Source of the DNA: Selaginella moellendorffii
Lineage: Eukaryota > Plantae > Lycopodiophyta
Length of the DNA: 64,000 nucleotides
Direction: 5' to 3'
Assembly: GCF_000143415.4 (NCBI RefSeq)
Contig: NW_003314301.1
Coordinates: 1,542,981 to 1,606,980 of the forward strand
Shown: positions 10,701 to 22,600 of the stretch, one piece after another
Layout of the letters: the number at the start of each line of letters is the position of its first letter
Position numbering within the stretch: position 1 is the first letter of the stretch
Translations under genes and position numbers: made by a program
The notes under the pieces: model-generated
Seen by the model: only the letters and a program-made list of their open reading frames with translations
Database searches by the model: none
Told to the model about the DNA's origin: nothing

Positions 10701-11277
10701 GGACAACTTGGTCGTGGCCATGGCTTGCAGCGCCAGCTCCGCGCTCCAAGAGGCTGCATACTCAGCCCTCCACAACCTCGTCTTCACGGGGCGCCGGCTC
10801 GTCACCGATCAAATCCTCCGCGGAGGAGGAGGAAACCTGGTGGATCGAGTTCTCGGCCTCTTGGACGCTGGCTTCCAGATCGGGCTCTACTGCGTCCAGG
10901 ACCTGGTGGAGATTGGAGGCAAGGATTGCATCGAGAGGCTCCTGGCGGCGCGAGTGGTGGAGAGATTGGTGGCGCTGGAGGGAAACTCCAGCAGGATGAT
11001 CGGTGGTGGAAAGTTTCGAGACTCGGTGGTGGAGTTTGCCAAGCTTGTGGGGAAGTCGAGTGGATTGTCTGCTCAAGAACACCGGGTTCTCAACTCGCAG
11101 CTCGTGAGGCACGCGAGAGCGGCGGTGAAAGATCCCAAACAGATGGGGAAGATCACGAGTGTGCTGAAAACTAGCTACGAGCGTGGAGAGGGATCGGGAT
11201 CTGGATCGTCGGGATCTGGCTCCGGTAAACGGAGGAATTCTTTTGCTGGCTCACATTCCTCCGCTGTAAACTTCTAA
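7741..11277 (+). CDS. STAND/NLR-like protein: N-terminal helical (HeLo/RPW8-like) domain, NB-ARC, and ARM repeats (rice RLS1-like)
   Basis: Exons 7741-8802 and 9025-11277. P-loop GLSGMGKS, kinase-2 ILVVLDDVW, RNBS-B FLATTRN, GLPL-like CGHHPLTL and MHD-like VHD. The C-terminus has helical ARM-like repeats (QEAAYSALHNL, SEACFALVKLS) and no LRRs. Confidence 0.88.
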
Positions 11278-11349
11278 CAGATACGTAAGAGCGATTAGTT
11301 CCTTCTTCTTCTTCTTGCTCAAGAGAAAAAGAAAGAAACTTTTGTCTAC

Positions 11350-12653
11350 CTCACGCTTGTGTTTCGCATGATAGAAGCTCTATTTGATGCACCTTTCCAT
11401 CCATTTCGGGTTCTCTCCTAGACTGGTCCACCACCTTGAGCTTCGAAAGCACAACTTTGGTTAGAAAAACTCTAGAGCTCCATCGATGATAATTGATTTC
11501 TTACCTGTGTGGATTGAAGAAGCCTGAGAAACTCGTCTCGGTGGCCAGGGGTCCTCTCCACTGGATCCGTTAAGAGTAACCTCGCTTTTCCTCCCCTGCA
11601 ATGCAAAGAAAAAGAGATTTCTTTTTCTCTGAAGATGCACAATGTAAGTTAAGCTGTTTCTCACTTCTTTAGCAGCTGTGGAGCAATCTTTGCGAGACGA
11701 GCCGGCGAAGATTTCATGTAGAGTAAGTCGCAAGCTAAAACCTGGCGAGACAGAAAATGAAAAAAAAAAACAAACGGAGGAATTTCAGGAGATCATCGCA
11801 AGACTAAGCTCACCGTGTCGAATTCGTATCTCGAAAGATCCCTGTCCTCTGTCCAATCGAAGATCTCCGCAGTCACAAGCACGGGCGTTTTTGGAGCTTC
11901 TGGAGCTTCTGGACTGGCTTTCGCTAACAAACCATCCAAGGAAGAACCCAAGAGCTCTCCAAAGCTCGCCACATTCGTCGTGATTCCTGGGAAGTTTGCA
12001 TGGAAGCTCAAGAGAGAGCATACCAACGCCAGTGGCTCTTGATCCAGCAACACGACCTGAAAGCAACCGTATGAAACAAGAAAGAAGAGAAAAAAAATGG
12101 GTATAAAACTCACTTCTTTCGCACCAGCAAATGCCGCGGCAAGACCAGCCAAGCCTGGAACTTGAAAAACATGAGAGAGGGAGAGAGAGAGAAATAAAAA
12201 CTCTGGCACTCAAATTTTCACCTAGGCCAGCCCCGAGATCACAAACTTTGCGATGAGCCACGAGCTCTGGATGACAAAAAATCTATACAGAAAATGCCAA
12301 CTCCATAGAAAACTTGCTCGCAAACCTCTTCAGCGAGAGCCATAGACGATGGCCAGACTCGGCACCAGTAAGGATCCTTCTCTGCAAGAAAAGAATAAAA
12401 CCAAGTAGAAACAAGGAACGGTACAAGACAAGGAGAGATTTTAATACCCTGTCCAATGTACATATCCAAGACTTGATCCTCATCTTTGGGCTGCACAATG
12501 CTGAGCCTGCGATTCTTCACTGTGATCTGCCCAAAAACTCCATTTTCCTGTCAATCCCAAAGGAGATCTCTTTCTTACATTCGCCCTGGATAGTTCCAGC
12601 TGCAATGGCGCATACGTCCTGTTGGGCAAGGGAATGGAGGACGACATGCTCAT
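11350..12653 (-). CDS. Class I SAM-dependent methyltransferase, METTL21/Methyltransf_16 type (3' end approximate)
   Basis: Spliced motifs DPYWCRVWPSSMALAE, VCDLGAGLGLAGLAAA, VLLDQEP, FDW, VLACDLLY, LLLTDP. Confidence 0.85.
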
Positions 12654-14143
12654 GGCCTCACACCCTAAGTTTTGAAGATTTTAAAGTGGTTAAAGATACC
12701 TAAGGATTAAGATATCAGGATTATTCTTTATTTCCCTCTTTTAAAGGATGGATTTCTCAAGTGCCTCTCCTTGTCAATCCTGCTAGAAGGAGATGGTGTT
12801 CTTTTCAAAGAGCTTAAGTGTGTCCATACACTACAATTAACGACACGTTGAGAGCAAAGTGCCAACTGTGAAAGAGCATGCAGAGCATTGACAATTTCAG
12901 CGCGGCAGAGAAAAACAAGGGTGGCAGAATTCCAATCTCAACAGTCTACAGATACATTTTGACGACCTGGGTCACATTACTCATCCGTTAAGAGCCCTAA
13001 AATTCAAATTTTGTTTCGCTCAGCATGATTATTAATTTCCTCACACAAACTCCCATGGCACGTCCATAATATCTACTCTATACGGCAGCCCCATCTCTCA
13101 TCGGTAACCCTTTTCTGCAATAACGGCATTCTTTGTTGCTTTTGGGGTTTTTTTTTTTGGGACTGAATCCCTCTTGCATTTGCCTTGTGTGTCAGATGTG
13201 GAATTTCTTAAAGCACACGATTGCCACCTCCGCCATCAACGTGGTGACTGGTCCAGTTAAAACTGTTGTGGTTTGCAGAAAATCCAGATCTCCGAGCTGA
13301 TGCGGATGTGACACCAACAGCGCTGCTGAGAGTGGCAGCAGCGTGCTCGGCAAGCTCCTTCTCTTGCCTCTACTCCCGCCTCTACTATTGCTTGTCGCTG
13401 GTGCTGGTGCGAGCTACCAGCCACGGCAGGGAATGTCTTGCAAGGATTGCAAGACATCAACTCTGTAAATTCCTAGCTTCCATTTTTTTCATTAGTGTAA
13501 GTTCTCTCTTCTCCTTTCCCAGGTTGCCTATTGGGATCCTGATCAAGAACGAAAAACGAGTGTAGCAATCCCGCTCCAGGAATCAATTTGTCAGCTCTTT
13601 TCCAAGCAGTTGCAAGAATCGTTTCATTTTCATAGTCTTTTAACAATGAGGGGCTTTCACTGCCGAGAGGAAAAACCCTCTAGTGCCTCTTGGAAGGAAC
13701 AGCAACTCTTCTGTTCTCTGTGAAACCAAAACCTTATATTGATTGTAACAGTTGGTATCAAGGGCTGCCTTCCTTGACGAGCAACAAGACGCCCCCTTCA
13801 TCGCCACGGGAGATTCGCAGGTCCTCGTCCAATTAAGTGGTGAGCAGCCACGAGTGGGCTTTGTTGCCTGGTATCGAAAACTTAAGAGGTGGCTGACCTG
13901 AGAGTGTCCGCGCCACCGAGTTCGCAGCGTCTTGCAGGGGACGAAGAGCGTTTTGAGCTCGATTTTACGTCCCATGAAGTCGACGGTGTCGGAGAGTTCA
14001 ATGGAATAAGTGAGCTGCGGTGTCCTTCCTCGAATTTAATCTGTGTTAAAGAGGAAGAACTCGTTAGTTATGAAAAATGTAGAAGAAAACCAGTCTCCAA
14101 GTTTTCTAAGCCAGTTATAGCTTCTAAACACTACACTCTCTCT

Positions 14144-14743
14144 TTCGATCGGTTGGGCCGCCGCTTCTTCTTCTTGCAAGCTGGAGTCCAAATGCTCGTC
14201 TCCCAGGTAAGCAGCATGCTTCTCTAGATCGATCGAAGTTCACACTTTTCCATTCGAAATCCATAGGTGGTGGTGGCGGTGATCTTGGGCGTCAAGTTTG
14301 GAGGAACCAAAGAGCTGGACAAAGTTTACGCTGTGATCGTTGTGATCGTGATATGCTGCTACGTCTCTGCCTTTGCCTGGTCTTGGGGACCCTTGGGCTG
14401 GCTCGCTCCCAGCGAGATTTTCCCACTGGAGATGCGATCGGCCGGGCAAGCGATCACGGTGGCAGTTAATCTCTTCTTCACCTTCGTCATCGCGCAGGCG
14501 TTCCTCAGCATGATGTGCCACATGAAGTTCGGGATCTTCTTGTTCTTCGCGGCTTGGGTGGCGATCATGTTAGTCTTCGTCTACTGGTTCATACCCGAGA
14601 CCAAGAACGTTCCAAGCGAGGAGATGATGGATGTGTGGAGAAAGCACTGGTTTTGGAGGAGGATTGTCCCGGACCAAGATCCTCCGGTTATCCCATACAA
14701 GCAGGATGATGAAAGCAAGATGGGCGTAGAGATGACAAACTAA
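14144..14743 (+). pseudogene. 5'-truncated sugar transport protein (STP) fragment: end of the penultimate exon plus the last exon
   Basis: DRLGRR..FLQAGVQM, intron 14207-14266, then [26 protein letters not shown]...PETK...WRKHWFW; no upstream STP exons found. Confidence 0.8.
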
Positions 14744-14957
14744 AGATCGTTGAGAGAGAAAACTAAGCAGGATGTAGACGAAAAAATGTAAAAATATATC
14801 ACTGTCAACTTTAAGGCTAAGACCAACTCAAGAATTCGCCGCCACGGTCATGGTGAGACAAAGAAGCGTTCAATTCTATGCGAAGACTAGTGCCACGATC
14901 AAGCCACCAACCGAGCTGGGCATATAGCAAAGCTTCCAAGATTCCGAAGAAGAATCT

Positions 14958-16671
14958 ATGGCTGGAAGGAGAACTCGTGGAGTGGCGAATGGTGGCGGCT
15001 TGAGAGCCGAGCTCTACAAGGGACGGACAACGTCTTACGTGATCCTCGCTTGCATTGTGGCAGCGTGTGGAGGCTTGATCTATGGCTATGAAATTGGAAT
15101 CTCAGGCAAGGCCAGATTCTCATCGATCTATCGCGAATTTCCTTCGTCTTATCACAGGTGCTATGCCATCCATGCGGGCCACATTCTTGGAGAAATTCAG
15201 CTTCCCCAGAGACGACTGCTCGAATGGAGCTCAGCGACCCACCACCTTGACGTCCTCGTTCTATCTCGCGGGCATCGCGGCCAGCTTGCTGGCCTCTCAC
15301 GTCACGAAGATTTACGGGCGGCGGCTATCGATCCTCTGTGGAGGCCTCTGTTCCCTCGTCGGTGCCGTGCTCAGTGGTGCCGCTCAAAATCTAGCCATGA
15401 TCATCTTGGGACGAATCATGCATGGCATCGGCCATGGCTTTGGCAATCAGGTGATTGGATGATCGGTTCGCAAGAAAAAAGATTTGATTCCTCGAATGCT
15501 CTGTCCAGGCAGTGCCCCTCTATCTATCAGAGATGGCGCCGGCAAAGATCCGGGGAGCGCTCAACATCATGTTTCAGCTCGCCATCACTATCGGGATCCT
15601 CTGGGCGAATCTCATCAACTATGGCTCCCTCCAAATCCCGGATTGGGGCTGGCGCCTCTCCTTTGGTCTCGCCGGAGTACCAGCCATCCTCATGACCATG
15701 GGCGGATTTTTCTTGCCCGAGACTCCAAATAGTTTGATCGAGCGTGGGCGTTACGAGGAGGCTCGCCGCCTCCTCACGAAGGTCCGCGGGACCGAGGAGG
15801 TGGATGCCGAGTACGAAGATATCAAAGAGGCAAGCGAGCTCGCAGTGGCAAACCCTTTCAAGGCCATCTTCCAGAGAAAGAATCGCCCCCAGCTCGTCAT
15901 GGCGACCATGATCCCATTCTTCCAGCAGTTCACGGGGATCAATGCGACCATATTCTACGTCCCGGTGCTCTTCCAGAAGCTTGGATTTGGCACCGATGCG
16001 TCGCTCTACACAGCCGTGATCACTGGCGCTGTGAACGTCATGGCCACGCTCGTCGCCATCACCTTTGTTGATAAGTGGGGCCGCCGCGCGCTCTTCCTGG
16101 AAGCTGGAGTCCAAATGTTCGTCACTCAGGTGAGAAATGGATTGATTGCTTCTCAGTCTTGATCCATCAACTAAAACTCTTTGCACGATCATAGGTGGCG
16201 ATTGGGTTGATCCTTGCGATCATTACACCATTGACCAAATCTTCTGCCGTGATCGTCCTGATCGTCATTTGCATCTACGTTTCATCCTTTGCATGGTCAT
16301 ATGGGCCGCTGGGATGGCTCATTCCCAGCGAGATCTTCACGCTGGAGACACGGTCTGTCGCCCAGGGAATCAATGTGGCTGTCAACTTCCTCTTCACCTT
16401 CGTCAGTGCGCAAGCTTTCCCCGCAATGCTATGCCACATGACATATGGGATCTTCTTGTTCTTCGCAGCTTGGGTGTTGGCCATGTCCCTCTTCATCTAC
16501 TTCTTTCTTCCTGAGACCAAGAGTGTTCCCATTGAGAAGATGACTAGCGTTTGGAGGAGGCATTGGTATTGGAAGAGGTTTATTCCAGATGAGGATCCTC
16601 CAGCTCTTCCTTCCTATAGGCAAGATAGAAAGGACCCTACCTTATCTAACAATTTAAAATTCCAGGAATGA
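14958..16671 (+). CDS. Sugar transport protein (STP, MFS monosaccharide transporter), divergent
   Basis: Four exons (14958-15105, GC-AG intron, 15158-15450, 15510-16129, 16195-16671) with [41 protein letters not shown] and PETK motifs. Confidence 0.85.
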
Positions 16672-19600
16672 TAACAATTACAACACTTCACAATGAATAT
16701 TTTTAAATTGTCAACCTTAACAAACTTGATAAATACTAATTAATTGATACCAATTTTATCAAGGACGACTTAGGAAAAAGTAAAGATTACAACTTTAAAA
16801 TTTAAAAATCCAACACTAACGAAAATCATGAGTATAACACTTAACAATTCAAGAACTTACAACACAAAACTCAAGTCTTCAACAAAAAGATAAATCAACT
16901 TAAAAAAATCTCCATTCTTCCAATTCAAGAAATTAAGTTCAAGACTCAAATTCAAGAAATCAATTCAAAGAAGAACTCCAAAGATCAAACACAAGAAAAC
17001 AACTTCAAGGAGATTCTTGAAAATCAAACTCGAAAACTCAACCCATAAAAAAATTTTAAACTCTAAGTTCAAAAAATTAAGAAAAGATACCACTAAAATA
17101 GACAATCATCACAATTCACTAAGATTCATCAACAAATGGGAACAAGAAAATAAGAAAACAACAACAAAAAAAAGAAAATTCAAGCTAGAAATTTGAATCC
17201 AGATTATGCAACACTTAATTAAATTTAGAACAATCTTAGCACCTCTAAAGGAAATGAAATGGGAAAGTGGGGTACAAAAACCCATGGCATCACTAACGAG
17301 TTTATCTTTGATCCCAACACAATTAGGGTGAGTCTCTTCTCACCTTGCAATCCTACTTAGAAAAGGATTGAAAAGTTCAATACATGGTTACACAAAGTTG
17401 GACTTCATAAGTTCTTAAAGATCTTGAAGAAGCTATATAACATCAATATTGTCAGAAAACTTTTCCCAGCATAAAAAGATTTTGTCCACAGTACCAACTA
17501 TGAGTTTGTTATGAGTGTCAAGTACTTTGCATAAACATTCAAACTTCCCACTAGTAGAGAGCAAGTGAGACATAAAAGGGATTCCACCGAAGTGTATTAA
17601 GGTACTTGAGAACTATAATAGAAATTCTCTACAAATGAGCAATATAATCAACAAAACCAAGCCACAATTTAAGTTTTTGATCTCCACACTAGAAATGTGC
17701 AAGTCCACAACCAAGAACGTCCCAAACAAGAGTGATGCTGCAAGCCCAAGCTTCCACATTGGATCTTAAGATTAGCATTTCTCTAGTTTGTGGACGAAAT
17801 GTAGCATCTCCAACCATTGCCACATATGCCAATACCAGTAAATTTTGTGAGGATTTTTCACAACAAGCAAATGAGAGTTTTCATACAAGACAAAGTCCAG
17901 GCTGTGATCAATGCTGTTGTCTACCAGCCCCTTAACACAAAGCTCACAAAGATCCATAATGACATTCTTCATCTCAAGAGGAGCATTTGAGGTACGGCTT
18001 TCTAGGGATTTGTATGTGCAAAGACTCAATGCACAGCTTTGCAATGAGATCTGACAGCTCAAGGCAAAACAGCCATTGATTATCATGGATGATGACAACA
18101 AGAGTGATCATGACGACAATGATGATAAGTTCCAATAGAAGCTCGACAAGTTCAAGAACAAACTCATTGGAGTCACAACAGCAACAAAACAGTCTAATGC
18201 TATGGAGCAATAAGAGTTTGAAACAAAACCAAATTTAGTCGTGGGAGAAAAGTGGAGCACAAGAAATCAACCTTGCATTTAGAAGCATCATCTTGAGTCT
18301 CAAGACTCAAACTTTAAAACTCAGGAAAAAAAAATAAAAATAGAGCATTAGATAACAAGAAGGGTGTGGCCATGAATTCCAAGCTCAAGCATCAACAGAT
18401 TTAGATGCCCTGGTTACAGATTTAGAGGCACGGTCACAGTCTGGAAAGCATCAACTTCATGCACCTCCAAAGGCTATATCCTTTGGCATTCTCTTTTTTT
18501 GGGCCTGATTCCTTCTTGCATTTGTCTTCTGTCAGTCACCGGTGGTGATCACTCCAGTTAAAGAAGTTGTAGAAAGTTCTCAAAGGTGTCTGTTTTGGCA
18601 TACGCTGAGAAGGTGTTGTTCCAAGAGATCATCACTACTTTTATGCAAATTTACTGATTTCTACTCGCTATATCTAGTGAGGTTTAGAATATTTTATCCA
18701 AATTTCTATAAGCAACCTGTACATCTATTGGATTTGACAAGGAAGATTGTGTGATGTTTGCAGCTCCTCTATTTGCAGCTGGATCTAAAGACAATTAAGT
18801 CCGTTTTGATTCACTAGTCATGATAGCAAGGCTTATTGTTCTTATCTATATCATAGAATTATTCTTGCTTTGTTCGTATTGGAGACTTGAGATAAAGCTC
18901 TAGCTGGTATCATTTCCTTGAAATTTCTGCTAGAAGGAGATGTGGCAAGAGCTTAAGCGAGTGGGTTTTGGTCATACGCTACAATTAGCAAATTGTTCAT
19001 GTTGAGGCTTGTTCAAGTCCTAGCAAATGCTTTTCTTGGTTTAGGGTTTCAGTCGTTTGTATGAACGACCCAAAGCCTCTTCTATTCCATGCTCTAAAGA
19101 AAAGTTGTTTCAACAGGTGTACTGTGGATATGGATTGCAAAGTGTGGAACCTTTCTCATATCCATCACAGTTTGTGCAGTAGATGTGAGCAATGACAGTG
19201 CCAGCGCAGAAGAGAATAACCATGAATTCCAACTTCCTGCTCCTTCAGCGTCGTCTTCCGCTCGTTGTCTTGAAATTAGCATCTCGATACTTTTCTTACA
19301 GACAGATTTCTGAGTCTCAAAAGACGTCGAAATTGGCCGGCGCAAGCGTCGTGCTTGGAAGACGTGGTTTCAAACATTGTCCCGAGCGAAATAGCTGTTA
19401 AGATGTTCTTAATCGTGTCTTTGCCTTTCACAGATTATTCCAAGCCTACTCTTATTCTATTAGGTGATGATGAGGTTCCCATCAACGATCGCGACCACGC
19501 CAATGGTATATTGACGAGCTTATCACTGGGGCCATGCAAGATCATATCATATGGGAGGGGATTTCCTCTCTAGTGGGGAAATCTTTGCGTTCCTTTCTTT

Positions 19601-19676
19601 AACTGGGCCAATGAGAAAGCCGTTAGATCGTTGCTGCTTAATGGAAAACTTACAAAACAACTGTACAGCCAGATTT

Positions 19677-22600
19677 CTACTCGCTGTATCGAGTGAGGTC
19701 GAAAGTCAGTGTCTTGGAGCTGCAAAAACATCCCTTGTCAAATCCAAAAGACCACAAGAACACCAGCAGAGGTACCTCATGTCGGAGTCCCTGTACACTC
19801 CCACCAGCGCGTCGGCTTTGTCATAGAAAGTGTCCTTGAGCGAAATGACAACGCTCTGGAACCCAATCCCCTTCCCCGACGCGTCGCCCCCGCCAGCATC
19901 GTCGCGGGACTTTGCTCGGATGTAAGCAGCCACTTTCGCCACGTTCAGATTATCGAGCGCAGCATCCACTTCATCCAGCACAAAAAACGGTGATGGCCTG
20001 AAGCTGCGAGCAAACATCCGGATCACCATCTTAGAAAAATATGAAAACTAAACCACAAACCACCACGTACCTGTGGATTGCAAACAGCAAAGCAAGAGCG
20101 GCCACGGTCTTCTCACCCCCTGATAGTTGTTCCATGTCCCGAAACCTCTTTGTTGGGGGCATTGCTGTGTACTTTATCCCGTGTAGAAACGGTTCATCTT
20201 CGTTCTCAAGGCTCAGGTACGCCGTTCCGCCAAGCGGGTGTGTGCTACTTTGAGTCAGTTGCTTGTAAATCGTGTTAATGTTCGTCGAGATATGGTTGAA
20301 AGCATCCATGAACCTTTCATACCTGCATTCCATCCGGTTAGACACAAATTCGTTGCTATCAATCACACGTACCTCTTCTGCTTTACAGCGTTATACTTGT
20401 CGACTACGGTCTTGGCCTCCTTCCTGGCTTGTTCATACACTTCAGCGGCCTCTTTCTCCTTTTCCTTCAAGCTCTCGTACTGATCGAGAGCTTTCAAATT
20501 TGGTGCTGTTCTTTCCATCTCTGCTGTGATGGACTCCAGCTTGCTCTTGAATTCCGTCTCTAGCTTCTCCTTTTCAGCAGGTCTCAGATCCTAATGCACG
20601 GAGCAACAGGTATCACTGGCATAAAAAGAAAAGGAAGCGAACCTTCTGGTGCGATCTGGATAGCTGCGAATAATCGTAAGATGCAGCAGCCTGTTGGGAA
20701 GATCCCGCACCGTCAATATCCATGCCATCCGTTACCGGAAGCCTAATTTGATCCAGTTCACAGTTATCCAAAACTTCTTGCTTCCGTGACATTAGCTGTT
20801 CAATATGATTTTCCTGACAAGAGAACCAATAAACATTGCTTCAAACTTGAAGTAGTACTAGCTTACCTTAGCCGCGATCTGACGCTTTATTTTGCCAAGG
20901 TTTCCGGTGGCACCGCTGCTACCCTTCTTCATTTCTTGTATCTCGCTTTCAATGTCGTCCACCTTGGCCTTCAATTCTGATAAAATAAAAAGAAATGTCA
21001 GATGAAGCCTTGCTTCACATCTTTACCTTGGAGATCAGCTTTCATTGCTTCGAGCTGCTCAGCCTCGCGATCCATTGCTGCTTTCAAATCCGATTCTGCT
21101 TTTTGCACTCTCACAAGCTCGTCACGTAAAGAGGACAGCATGTTAGTTGACTTCTTCACAGGTCTTTCAGTGTCACGTCTTCGTTCATACTCGAGCCTGC
21201 ACCAAAAGAAACTTCAGAAAATCTCACATGAATCTAAGCGGTACTTACTGATTTTTCAGCTTTGATATTTGATTACTCAAGCTTAGCCTTCTTTCCGCTA
21301 GCTCTTGAGCATGCCGCAGCTGATTTTCCTCGTACTCTCGGATGTTTGCAACACCGACGGATTCGCTAAAACTTTTGTATATTTTATCGGTTATGTCATT
21401 TACTCGTTTCTCCAAATTGTCGATTGTCTTTGCCCTCTTTGAGATCCCATTTCGCAACTAGCATCAGGAAAAAGACGTAAGCTTCAATTGTAGGCAAGTT
21501 GTCAGCTGTACCTTCTCAAGTTCTGGCTTTATCCGATCAACCTCTTTACTGATCGTTTCACGTTCCTGGGCAATCTTTTTGATTTTGTCTTCCAAGTTTT
21601 TCTAGAAGGGCAAGACAAACCTCGGTTAATAGACAAACATAGAGACGAATTTCCCACCTTCTCTATATCCGCAAACTGAATTTTTTTTTCAAAACCAGTG
21701 ATCTTAGCGGTTGCTTCAGCTTCCTTGCTTTGCATTTCCCTTACTGAACCATGCTGAGCCATCTCGGCCTCATAGCGTTCTTTCTTCTCCTTCAGTCCTG
21801 ATAAACAGCACAGGTTTAAGATGCAAAGTAGGACTTTGTATACCCTCAATCGCGCGGTCATCCCATTTCTGAGACCTTGCCTCCATGCCACCCGTAATGC
21901 CGCCGGTCATTGTTCCCGCCTTTGAAAGCAAAATACCATCCAGCGTTACCACTAGACAGCAGAGTGAAATTAGAAAGGTTAAGTGTGAGCAAGATGCTAT
22001 TTACCTTTGTAGCGTTCTTGACCCCAAGAAAGAGCCTTAGCTTCATCTAGTTTGTCACAGACAAGGGTGTTCGCGACCGCATACAGAACAGCCTTCTCAA
22101 GTGACGAGTCAAATGTGTGCTTATTAAGGAAACCACGAGTATAAAAAAAATGCAAAAACAAAACACGATAAAGGATATTGGATGACATCGTAGATCAATT
22201 TCGCTGTCCCCCCAAGAGCGCGAAGCTTTTCATGAACTGGCTTTACCCGAATAGATTGCAGGGGAATGAAAGTCTGCGGTGGCAACCGTTGCTCCTTCAA
22301 ATACTGTCGAAGGTGCTTGTCAGAAATGGAACAGTATACAAATATCATACCTTGATGCATTCCTTTCCCGTGCTCTCATCTTCCACAACAACTGCGTCCA
22401 TAAATTTTCCCATCGCCACGGTCACAGCAAGATTGTACTTCTTCTGCGTAGGCCTGCAAAGGTCGGTCATTCGACCGCGCACACCAGCAAAGAGGCGCTT
22501 TAAACTGCTGACAGCCTCGGAAAGTTTGGCATCACGCTCGCTTTCGCGCTTATCGGCTTTCAACTCCCGTAGCTGCGCCTCAACTTCGTCAATTTTAACC

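Noticed and set aside
16700-18400. AT-rich block with short ORFs, possibly a decayed transposon
   Set aside because: No termini, TSD or protein motif could be identified
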